Assembly: GCA_965223265.1 (NCBI GenBank) | Contig: OZ244999.1 | Span: 352,001 to 416,000, forward strand | Direction of reading: 5' to 3' | Source of the DNA: Planctomycetota bacterium | GTDB taxonomy: Bacteria; Planctomycetota; UBA8108; SXIK01 | Length of the DNA stretch: 64,000 nucleotides | Shown: positions 49,415 through 57,759 of the stretch, one piece after another | Layout: every line of letters starts with the position of its first letter | Position numbering within the stretch: position 1 is the first letter of the stretch | Program-made: the position numbers and the translations under genes | The notes under the pieces: generated by a model | The model's input: only the letters and a program-made list of their open reading frames with translations | The model's database searches: none | Told to the model about the DNA's origin: nothing

Positions 49415-50020
49415 TCAGGCGTCTTTGGGCTTTTTTTCCGTCGTCGGCTGAGCGGCGTCCTTCTTGAGGATCCGACCGCTCATGCTGCCTCCATGCCCGG
49501 GGCCGAACCAGGTGCCGGTGTAGATGCCGCGGTAGACTAAGACGCGTGCGGTGTAAGTGCCAAGCCCCGGAACGTTCAGGTCGGTCACCGAAATCACCGG
49601 CGTATCTCCCGCCCAGAGCACTTTGACCGGAATCGGAAACGGGACGGTCACGTCTTTGCCACCGTACTTGACTCGCACGCCGTTGAAGAGCCACAGGTCT
49701 TTGCCAGCCTTCTTCACCGAGTCAATTTGATACAGCTCTTCGCGTTCCTCGCCGAGCTCGTCACCTTGACTAAGCCGCCAATGTCCGGACAGGGTCGCCT
49801 TACGGAAGGTCTTCTCGAACTCCTTTTCCAGTTCGGTCAGTTCCTGTGTCGCCCCGGGCTGTTGCTGAGGCTCCGCAGCCGGCGGTGCGTCCTGTGCTTT
49901 GGGGTCCTTCGCATCTCGGGCGGCGACGCGCACGTGGGCACCTGTAAGGCTGATCGCGATGATCGCAACGCCCACCTGAACGATTCGAGACAACAGAGTT
50001 CGCTGGCTGCTCATGGTCAC
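49415..50020 (-). CDS. hypothetical secreted protein
   Basis: Signal peptide and VLWAGDTPVI..PGLGTYTARV..YTGTW..HGG.M.G. RBS GGAG present. Confidence 0.65.
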   Translation of the reverse strand: MTMSSQRTLLSRIVQVGVAIIAISLTGAHVRVAARDAKDPKAQDAPPAAEPQQQPGATQELTELEKEFEKTFRKATLSGHWRLSQGDELGEEREELYQIDSVKKAGKDLWLFNGVRVKYGGKDVTVPFPIPVKVLWAGDTPVISVTDLNVPGLGTYTARVLVYRGIYTGTWFGPGHGGSMSGRILKKDAAQPTTEKKPKDA

Positions 50021-50195
50021 TCCTGCGTTTTCGAAGGGGATTTGCAGTTCACCATGAGTCTACACCACAATGCGGCGGACACCAGAGGCGGAGACAGAGA
50101 CGGAGATGGGATGAGAAGGCCAGTCCCTCCACGCAGTATCCGAAGAAGGATCTGCAACATTAACCGGGCTTTGAACCCAGAAGGAGAGACTGACC

Positions 50196-51272
50196 ATGTC
50201 CCAAAGTAATCAAACACAGCGTATGTTGTCTATCGGCCTTGATCTCGGCGACCGCCTTAGCCACTTGGTGGCGATAACGCTCGATGGAGAGATCCTCGCC
50301 AACGAGCGCGTGGCGACGACACGCTCGGCGCTCGCTAGGCGCTTTGATGAGTTCCCGCGAGGCTCGCGCGTGGTCTGCGAGGCGGGCACGCACTCGCCGT
50401 GGGTCAGTGCGGTGCTCGAAGAGCTCGGCTTCGAGGTGATCGTTGCCAATCCTGTCTGCGCAGGGCGTGCTCTTGCCGCCAACGGTCGCAAGAACGACGA
50501 GCTCGACGCCGTCACCCTGGCGACGCTGGGCTGGGGCAGCCCGCGCCTGTTGCGACCGGTTCGTCACCGCCAGCTCTCAGCCCAAAACGACCTGGCAGTC
50601 ATCCGTGCCCGTGACGCAGTAGTGCGCACTCGCACGACACTGATCAACAGCGTGCGAGGTCTCGTCAAGTCGAGCGGGTATCGCCTCAAGAGCTGCTCAA
50701 GCGCCGCCTTCCACTACAAAGTCAGGGAGGATATTCCCGAGGAGCTCGAGGCGGCGGTGCTACCGATGCTCGAGCAGATCGGGCAGCTTAGCGCCACGGT
50801 GCGCAGCTACGACAGAGAGATCAAGGCGCTCTCAGAGAAGTACCCAGAGACCAAGAGCCTTCAAGAGATCAACGGCGTAGGGCCACTGACGGCGCTGGCG
50901 TTTGTCTTGAGCCTGGAGAATCGGGAGCGTTTCTCCAAGAGCCGCAAGGTCGGGGCCTATCTCGGACTCGTCCCGAAGCAGCACGACTCTTCGTCGAGGA
51001 CTCCACAGCTTCGTATTTCGAAGTACGGCAATAGCTACCTACGTCGACTGCTTGTCGGCAGCGCGCATTACATCTTGGGGCCGTTCGGGGAGGACTGCGA
51101 TCTGAGGCGTTTTGGTGAGCGGCTGGGGCAGCGCGGCGCCGCTCGCGGTAAGAAGCAAGCTACGGTCGCCGTGGCACGAAAGCTCGCCGTGCTGATGCAC
51201 CACCTCTGGGCCAGCGGCGAGCGCTACGATCCACTCTACAGCGCCTCGCGCTCGAAGCGTCGCTCGGCCTGA
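50196..51272 (+). CDS. IS110 family transposase/recombinase
   Basis: DEDD RuvC-like motifs IGLDLG, CEAG and KNDELDA. C-terminal GVGPLTA, YLGLVP..DS..ISKYG..LRRLL and AVARKLA. Confidence 0.95.
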   Translation: MSQSNQTQRMLSIGLDLGDRLSHLVAITLDGEILANERVATTRSALARRFDEFPRGSRVVCEAGTHSPWVSAVLEELGFEVIVANPVCAGRALAANGRKNDELDAVTLATLGWGSPRLLRPVRHRQLSAQNDLAVIRARDAVVRTRTTLINSVRGLVKSSGYRLKSCSSAAFHYKVREDIPEELEAAVLPMLEQIGQLSATVRSYDREIKALSEKYPETKSLQEINGVGPLTALAFVLSLENRERFSKSRKVGAYLGLVPKQHDSSSRTPQLRISKYGNSYLRRLLVGSAHYILGPFGEDCDLRRFGERLGQRGAARGKKQATVAVARKLAVLMHHLWASGERYDPLYSASRSKRRSA

Positions 51273-51339
51273 GCCGCCTGTGTCATTACGAGGCGACTGA
51301 AAAACCTCTGAAGGATCTACCCGCGTGAAAAGTCTCGTC

Positions 51340-51515
51340 TTGGTGACTGCGATCTCTGCACTGAACCGATCGAGGGCGTCCAAACTTCCTTCGATCATAC
51401 CAGGAGTTCGCGACGGAGTGTGCAGCACCACGACGGTTCGGACCCCAACTTGCACAGAGGACTCCAGGACAGACTCCTCACCCAAAGTGCGTATGGAAGG
51501 CTGGCTTCAACCGCG
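51340..51515 (+). ncRNA. predicted bridge/seek RNA of the IS1111-type element
   Basis: Two consecutive stem-internal-loop structures carry GACGGAG (identical to the left target half plus core) and ATGGAAG (identical to the left donor half plus core). Boundaries are approximate. Confidence 0.65.
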
Positions 51516-51571
51516 CCATAGACTCTTTCGAGAACTTCAGGAAACCTCAGCGCACCAAAACGCTCTTGGCC

Positions 51572-52165
51572 AGGCAGCAAGGGCATTTGCTGCCCAGCCG
51601 CCAAACGAGACGCTTCGCGTGCGGACTCGTTGCCGCTCGCGGGCCCCTCCCTGCCGCGCAGGCCTCCCACCCTACAACTGACCTTCGCTGGGCGCAGAGA
51701 ACGATTGACCTCGCTGCGCTCGGGCGGCGACCACGTTCGCCTCTCTTGACTTTTTGGCCTTCTCATGGAAGGCAGCAAGGGCATTTGCTGCCCAGCCGCC
51801 AAACGAGACGCTTCGCGTGCGGACTCGTTGCCGCTCGCGGGCCCCTCCCTGCCGCGCAGGCCTCCCACCCTACAACTGACCTTCGCTGGGCGCAGAGAAC
51901 GATTGACCTCGCTGCGCTCGGGCGGCGACCACGTTCGCCTCTCTTGACTTTTTGGCCTTCTCATGGAAGGCAGCAAGGGCATTTGCTGCCCAGCCGCCAA
52001 ACGAGACGCTTCGCGTGCGGACTCGTTGCCGCTCGCGGGCCCCTCCCTGCCGCGCAGGCCTCCCACCCTACAACTGACCTTCGCTGGGCGCAGAGAACGA
52101 TTGACCTCGCTGCGCTCGGGCGGCGACCACGTTCGCCTCTCTTGACTTTTTGGCCTTCTCATGGA
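51572..52165 (+). repeat. 3 x 198-bp tandem repeat of the IS right end
   Basis: Units 51572-51769, 51770-51967 and 51968-52165 look identical by eye. Each ends in CTTGACTTTTTGGCCTTCTCATGGA. Confidence 0.95.
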
Positions 52166-52352
52166 AGGCGGAGACAGAGACGGAGGCGGAGACAACAGAC
52201 CGCCCACGCCCACGCCCACGCCCACGCCCACGCAAACGCCCACGCCCACGCCCACGCAAACGCAAACGCAAACGCAAACGCAAACGCAAACGCAAACGCA
52301 AACGCAAACGCAAACGCAAACGCAAACGCAAACGCAAACGCAAACGCAAACG
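52166..52352. repeat. bipartite hexamer array (locus B, left), split by the IS; its other part is 50085-50105
   Basis: GAGRCR units to 52194, then about 25 ACGCCC/ACGCAA units (52200-52352). Confidence 0.9.
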
Positions 52353-52442
52353 GGCGCCGGGGTCGGCGGCGGCGATCGAGCCAACGGCAGAGAAGAACTC
52401 TGCTGCTGCGGGCGTTCGTGCGGCGGCGGTTTTGTCGATCGT

Positions 52443-52521
52443 AACGGAAGCCCAGCCGGCCTCAAGGGTGCCCTCGCTGCGCTCGGCGCTTTGCGCCCTT
52501 GACCCCGGCTGGGCTTCCGTT
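52443..52521. other. long imperfect palindrome upstream of the four-helix-bundle gene
   Basis: Perfect 17-bp IR AACGGAAGCCCAGCCGG/CCGGCTGGGCTTCCGTT plus an inner TCAAGGG/CCCTTGA stem. Confidence 0.8.
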
Positions 52522-52588
52522 GGTGGGGGTGAAACGCCGCCGCGTCGGGCGTCGGCGACAGATCACTGGGCCGTTACCGGAGTCACAC

Positions 52589-52912
52589 ATGGGCTTTCTT
52601 GCTCTGGATCACACTTTTGGCATCGTTCGACAGCTGCGTCCCCTCGTCGCGAGCATCCGTCGTCACGACTCGAAGCTTGCCGCTCAGCTGCGCGATGCCG
52701 GTTCGTCGGTGGCACTCAACCTTGGCGAGGGGAATCGGCGTCAGGGCCGTGACCGCGGGCATCTTTGGCGCATTGCTTCGGGCAGCGCCGAAGAGGTGCG
52801 CACGGCGCTCAAGGTTGCTGAGGCGTGGGGCTACCTCGATGCAGAACAGACCGACACGGTACTTGCGGACATCGATGCGCTACAAGCGATGCTCTGGAAA
52901 CTGACACGCTGA
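52589..52912 (+). CDS. four-helix-bundle protein (Avd/23S rRNA IVP-like)
   Basis: 107 aa with the family signature LAAQLRDAGSSVALNLGEG..R..WRIASGSAEE and AWGYL..MLWKL. RBS GGAG present. Confidence 0.85.
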   Translation: MGFLALDHTFGIVRQLRPLVASIRRHDSKLAAQLRDAGSSVALNLGEGNRRQGRDRGHLWRIASGSAEEVRTALKVAEAWGYLDAEQTDTVLADIDALQAMLWKLTR

Positions 52913-52925
52913 CGCGGAGTCTCGG

Positions 52926-52954
52926 CCCGCCGCGCTATTTGGCGCGGCGGGTTT
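52926..52954 (+). terminator. possible intrinsic terminator
   Basis: CCCGCCGCGC-TATTTG-GCGCGGCGGG followed by TTT, just after the stop codon. Confidence 0.5.
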
Positions 52955-53178
52955 GACGAGGAGGCAGATACAGATACTGAGTCAGAAGCAGAGTACCGGC
53001 ACGCCCACGCCCACCAAACGCCCACGCCCACGCCCACGCCCACGCCCACGCCCACGCAAACGCCCACGCCCACGCAAACGCCCACGCCCACGCAAACGCC
53101 CACGCCCACGCCCACGCCCACGCCCACGCAAACGCAAACGCAAACGCAAACGCAAACGCAAACGCAAACGCAAACGCC
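52955..53178. repeat. bipartite hexamer array (locus B, right)
   Basis: Degenerate GAGGCA GATACA GATACT GAGTCA GAAGCA units, then ACGCCC/ACGCAA units at 53001-53178. Confidence 0.9.
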
Positions 53179-53339
53179 GAGCAGCGTCAAGAACGCCGAG
53201 GTACCTCTCAAAAGCTCCGTCACGGCGCTGTCCCGCTGCCCCAGTCTCTCTTCGCATCGTCGGAGTCGGTTCGCAGTCCGAGGCGAAGGCGCGCGTCACT
53301 TAGCGCGTGCGCACCGTGCGAACTCATGAGGCACGCGGC

Positions 53340-54920
53340 TCACTCCTCTGCGTCCGCGCCTTGGAGTACCCAACTGCGGATTAGATGCATGATGTCGTCG
53401 TCGAGATAGGGGGGACCGTCGAGTGGCATGCGTCCGCCTTCGCCGTCGACCTCGGGGAGTCCTTGCGTCCCGTCGAGCTTGTGAATCATGTAGCTGCGCT
53501 CAGGGAAGAACGGACGCACCAGAATCGGAGCGATCGACGTGATGCCGGGCTCAGCCGCGAAAATGTTGACGTAGTTGCGCCAAACCTCCTGCGGCGATTT
53601 CGCCGGGTCGACGAGCTCGAGGCCTTTGAAGGCGTTAGAGCCCTCGTGGCATCCAGAGCAGTTTTCGTTCCACACCGATTGGATGGACGCAGCGTAGGGC
53701 ACTTTGACCTCGAGTGGGAAGAGGCGTTCCGCGCCGCCGACCGAGATCGTCAAGACGGTGTTGCCGAGCGCTGGAAGGTCGGCCTCGGAGGTGAACGACG
53801 CGACGAACGTGTTCTGTTCGACGTCGGTGAAGAGATCGCTGAGATCGCTGCTTGTGCCGATCGGGACATCGGCCGTGACGACCAATTCGTCGATGGGGGG
53901 AGTCGCCTCAGGTTGCCTGCCGTTGGGGCACGCCTCAACGACAAGGAGGAACGATTCACCCGACGCGACGCGGGCGTTTCCCGTTCCTTCATTGTGGGCA
54001 CGGGGCGCGCGCTGCAATTCGCCTGCGGGTTCGATCCAAGCAAACAGATCAGGTGCTGTGGTCGAAGCGACATCTACCGTCAGAGTGACTGCGGCTGACA
54101 CGGCGCAGGTCGTGTCCGTGACGGTCGCGGTGAAGACATAGGTTCCGGATGCTGGTGCCAGTGGTCCATCCCCTGCGATGCGCAGTGCAGCGTGCGCGTC
54201 CAGATAGATCGGGTCCTCCCAAAGATCCAAGTCCGACAGGAAGTGAAGCGCTAAGTTCTCGCCCGCAGCAACACCTCCTGCGCTCGGATCACCAAGGTCT
54301 CGATCGCAGACGACGTGAAGTGTCGTTGAGTTCCCGACCGACGCGTCGCCGGCAGCTGCAAGTTCGACGGGAGCGCGGCTCAGTTCATTGGCGGCGGCTT
54401 GAACGAGAAGGCTCCAAGACTCGCCGGCGCCAATCTGAAAAGTATCGCCTAGTCGGGGGAGCGTCACACGGGTTCGTTCGCGCACGCCCGGGGCTGGCGC
54501 GTAGGTGGCGGTGAGCTCGAGGCGCGGTGGAAACGGGGGCGGCTCGAGCGACTGCATACAGTCCAGCGCATCGCTCGTTGGGTCCTCTCCACCGCAAGAG
54601 TCAGGCCCCGGTGACGGTGGGGGAGGCCCGGCACCGAAGAGGTGGATCAAGAGATAGATGGGGTCCGAGACGTCGAACGCGCCGTCGTCGTTGGTGTCGG
54701 CGGCATCGAGGCAGGGGGGCTGAGGTGTGTTGAGAAAGAGCGCGCCGAGGCCGAACGTGGCATCCGCGAGGTCGACGGCATCGTCGGCGTTGACGTCGCC
54801 GCGAACGAACAGTGGGCCCGCAGCCTCCAATTCGGGACCAGGTGCCACCGCAACGAGTAAGCACGCAGTCACAAAGGAATTGACATTCGGTGACAACAGA
54901 TTTGTTAAGCGCGTTTTCAT
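53340..54920 (-). CDS. secreted protein with N-terminal dockerin-like domain and C-terminal cytochrome c domain
   Basis: FVRGDVNADD..CLDAADTNDDG at the N-terminus. CSGCH ... SYMIHKL..RMP..I.SWV.QGA at the C-terminus. Start 54920 chosen by inspection. Confidence 0.7.
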   Translation of the reverse strand: MKTRLTNLLSPNVNSFVTACLLVAVAPGPELEAAGPLFVRGDVNADDAVDLADATFGLGALFLNTPQPPCLDAADTNDDGAFDVSDPIYLLIHLFGAGPPPPSPGPDSCGGEDPTSDALDCMQSLEPPPFPPRLELTATYAPAPGVRERTRVTLPRLGDTFQIGAGESWSLLVQAAANELSRAPVELAAAGDASVGNSTTLHVVCDRDLGDPSAGGVAAGENLALHFLSDLDLWEDPIYLDAHAALRIAGDGPLAPASGTYVFTATVTDTTCAVSAAVTLTVDVASTTAPDLFAWIEPAGELQRAPRAHNEGTGNARVASGESFLLVVEACPNGRQPEATPPIDELVVTADVPIGTSSDLSDLFTDVEQNTFVASFTSEADLPALGNTVLTISVGGAERLFPLEVKVPYAASIQSVWNENCSGCHEGSNAFKGLELVDPAKSPQEVWRNYVNIFAAEPGITSIAPILVRPFFPERSYMIHKLDGTQGLPEVDGEGGRMPLDGPPYLDDDIMHLIRSWVLQGADAEE

Positions 54921-55245
54921 CCCGGGGGCTCTGGCGCTCTCTGGCGTGAGCTGCGACAATGACACGTTGAATAGCGGATCTCCCGCTAATTTTAGCAAAT
55001 CCCCTGCCGCGGGCGCTGGCGAATCGGCGAGACACGGTTCTGTTGGGTGCGGCACGCCGACTTGCGGAACGCAGTTTGCTTGGGACATGTTGGCGTTCGG
55101 CGGTCCGACTGGCCGGCTCACACCCGGTCGGGTAGCATTTTGGTCGCCCAAAGGCGGCGAGTCGTTGTGGCCGTCGCGAGCGTTTTTCGATGCAGGGGGG
55201 GGATGAAGCCCGTCTCCCTGGTTTTCCGATCCCCACTTTGGGAGC

Positions 55246-57687
55246 ATGCCGATGAGAGTGATGTACAGGCCCGCAGGCCTCACAATCATCCTGTGCGTCG
55301 GGTTCTGGCTGGCAAGTTCGGCCGCGTTCGCCGACGATTTTTTTCGTCGCACGCAGTTTCGGCGTGCTGACTCCAACACCGACGGCGCGGTGGACATCTC
55401 GGACTCGCTATTCACTCTCAACTCGCTTTTCGTCACCGATGAGCCGGCGAGGTGTCTCGAGGCGATGGACGCCAACGATGACGACTTCGTTGACGTATCG
55501 GATCCCATTTTCACGCTCAACTATCTGTTTGTCGGTGGTTCAGCGACGCCGCCTGCACCCGGCCCGAATGAGTGCGGTGCGGCGAGTCAGGAGCTCGCGT
55601 TAGGATGCGACGAATATGAGCTTTGTCCTGACGACACGACGCTCATCTTTCATGTTCTTAGCCGCATCACGTTTGGGCCTACCGAAGAGTTGATGACGGA
55701 GATTCAGACGCGCGATGATCTGCTCGACTACATCGATGAACAGCTCAATCCTCCGGAGAACTACGATCCCACCGTCCATGAGCCGGAGTTGCAGGAGCGT
55801 ATCGATGCGCTGGAGATCGGTTTCGTCGAAGGTGATACGGCACGGGCTCCGGTACAGCGACTCAAGAGCATGCTTATCGAGAACGCGGTGCATAGTCGCT
55901 GGCAGCTCTTGCACGTTGTCTCTCAGTTTTGGAACAATCATTTTCATACGAACGTGGGTTCGCTGAGCGATATGTTCTTTCGGCGCAACGGCCGCGGTGG
56001 GGCGGCCTCACGCGGCAACGCGGAGTTCTTCGCCGTAGCCGATAGTGACGTTTCGGGGTTTATCGATGAGGCGGAGTGGATCGCATTTCGTGCCGAGCAC
56101 CCAAGCTTGATCGAGTTCGCCGCGTTCGGGCGCCGCGTCTCCGACGACAATCTGCTCAGCTTCGACGAATTCAACAACACCGCCATCGCTTTCTGGAAGT
56201 ACGGGCGCGGCTTCGAGGGATTGGCGGTCGCGTCGGATATGGAGAAACGTGAGTACGACCTCTATCGACGTCTCTCGTTTGGAAGCTTTGGAGATCTGTT
56301 GGAGGCGTGCATGAAGAGCGTCGCCATGCTGATCTACCTGAACGGTTTTGAGAACACCGCGGCCGAGCCGAACGAGAATCTCAGCCGCGAGTTCTTCGAG
56401 CTCCACGGCGCGGGCGTCGATCACATTTACACGCAGCGAGATATCGAAGAGCTTTCGCGCGTGTTGACCGCATGGACCGCGGATTGGGTCGAACGGGCTC
56501 AGTTCGATCCCAATGACTTGAACTTCCAGGGTCATCCCACAGCGGAGCGTTTCCGCATCAATTTTCGCGCTCCGCGTCCCTTCAATTTTCCAACGCAGGA
56601 GAACTGGGACGACACTGTTTACACGTGGGCGTTCGTGTTTGGCAACGGCGGCGCGTTCGGCAATCAGGCTGACTTTGGTCACGACTGGAACCGCAAAGAT
56701 CTCTTCTTACAGCGCTACGGCGGAGTGGACTCCCTCGGCAATCCGCCCGACCCGTCGCTCGCCTTGACGATTCCGGCGAACCTCTCGGACCACACGGCCG
56801 AGGCCGCATTGGCGGAGTTTGACCTCGTGCTCGGGCGCGTCGTGAGCTTTCGCGACACGGCCAAGTTCATCTCGACGAAGTTGATTCAGCTCTTCGTGAC
56901 GGACGATCTCGCCGAACTCAAGAAAACTTACCCGATGCCCGCAGACTTGCAGGTGGCCTTCGACTCGGTCGACAGCGACGGCGACGGTGCGATTGAGCTT
57001 TCGGAGTGGGAGGAGCCGATACCTCTGGTGCTACCGAATGGGCGGCCACGCGAGATCTTTGATCGCATCGATGAAAACGGCAATCAGCGCATCTCTCCGC
57101 TCGAGTACCAGGAGCCGGACTTGCTGCTCGACGCGATCGATACCTGGCGCGCGACCGGCGGTGACATGCGCGAAGTGATTCGCGGTATTCTCCTCTCCGA
57201 AGAGTTCTTCAGCCTCGACTTCTACCGTGCCAAGGTGAAGACGCCGTTCGAGTCTGTTGTCAGTAGCGCCCGCGCACTCGAAGGAGAGTTTCCGGTGGAT
57301 CGGCTGATCGTGACCGTCGAGGATCTTACCATTGCCGGTATGGAACTGTTCGACTTTGGCGATCCCACGGGCGAATCGGAACTCGGGTTTGACCTTATGC
57401 ACACGATTGGGCTCTTGGAGCGTCTCAAGTTCCTCAATCGCGCCGCCAATCCGGCAACGAATAACGAGTCACGTTTTTCGTGGAACCCGCTGGAGCCAGT
57501 CTTCGAGTGGCAGCTCGGATCCGCCGAGTCGATCGTCGACTTCTTCGCTCTATTGCTTCACGGCGCCGACATACTCGATGCGCATCGCGAGCTGACTATT
57601 CAAGCGATGACAACAGCCGGCAGTGGAACCGCAATCCAGCGTGGCATCGCGTTTCTTCTCAGTCTGCCGCAGTTCCATAAGCAATGA
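55246..57687 (+). CDS. DUF1800 family protein with dockerin-like N-terminus and EF-hand insertions
   Basis: HVLSRITFGP, FWNNHF, AMLIYLNG, PNENLSREFFELH..G..YTQ.DI and KVKTPFE. EF-hand-like loops DSDGDGAIELSE and DENGNQRISPLE. Confidence 0.8.
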   Translation: MPMRVMYRPAGLTIILCVGFWLASSAAFADDFFRRTQFRRADSNTDGAVDISDSLFTLNSLFVTDEPARCLEAMDANDDDFVDVSDPIFTLNYLFVGGSATPPAPGPNECGAASQELALGCDEYELCPDDTTLIFHVLSRITFGPTEELMTEIQTRDDLLDYIDEQLNPPENYDPTVHEPELQERIDALEIGFVEGDTARAPVQRLKSMLIENAVHSRWQLLHVVSQFWNNHFHTNVGSLSDMFFRRNGRGGAASRGNAEFFAVADSDVSGFIDEAEWIAFRAEHPSLIEFAAFGRRVSDDNLLSFDEFNNTAIAFWKYGRGFEGLAVASDMEKREYDLYRRLSFGSFGDLLEACMKSVAMLIYLNGFENTAAEPNENLSREFFELHGAGVDHIYTQRDIEELSRVLTAWTADWVERAQFDPNDLNFQGHPTAERFRINFRAPRPFNFPTQENWDDTVYTWAFVFGNGGAFGNQADFGHDWNRKDLFLQRYGGVDSLGNPPDPSLALTIPANLSDHTAEAALAEFDLVLGRVVSFRDTAKFISTKLIQLFVTDDLAELKKTYPMPADLQVAFDSVDSDGDGAIELSEWEEPIPLVLPNGRPREIFDRIDENGNQRISPLEYQEPDLLLDAIDTWRATGGDMREVIRGILLSEEFFSLDFYRAKVKTPFESVVSSARALEGEFPVDRLIVTVEDLTIAGMELFDFGDPTGESELGFDLMHTIGLLERLKFLNRAANPATNNESRFSWNPLEPVFEWQLGSAESIVDFFALLLHGADILDAHRELTIQAMTTAGSGTAIQRGIAFLLSLPQFHKQ

Positions 57688-57759
57688 GCTGTGGAGGAAT
57701 CATCGTGCAGCACCTACGTGCGTGTGAACAGTACAGAACCTTGAGCATCGGACGGAACC

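Larger units (their letters stand above)
50104..52167 (+). mobile_element. IS110-family (IS1111-type) insertion sequence
   Basis: 12-bp sub-terminal IRs ATGAGAAGGCCA (50111-50122) and TGGCCTTCTCAT (52151-52162). AG core at 50104-50105 and 52166-52167. Removing the element restores GAGACG-GAGGCG-GAGACA. Confidence 0.9.

Noticed and set aside
51572-52165. CRISPR array interpretation
   Set aside because: The units are identical 198-mers with no unique spacers, and there are no cas genes.
52589-52912. Diversity-generating retroelement or 23S rRNA intervening sequence
   Set aside because: No reverse transcriptase, TR/VR pair or rRNA sequence was seen in the window.
51395-53303. ORFs across the 198-bp repeats and the locus B arrays
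   Set aside because: They result from a repeat length divisible by 3 and from the hexamer tracts. They also cross the IS boundary.
54921-55520. Upstream extensions of ORFs 53340-55520, 45097-46953, 46578-48146 and 13536-14342
   Set aside because: They overlap divergent genes. Downstream starts with an RBS and/or signal peptide fit better.
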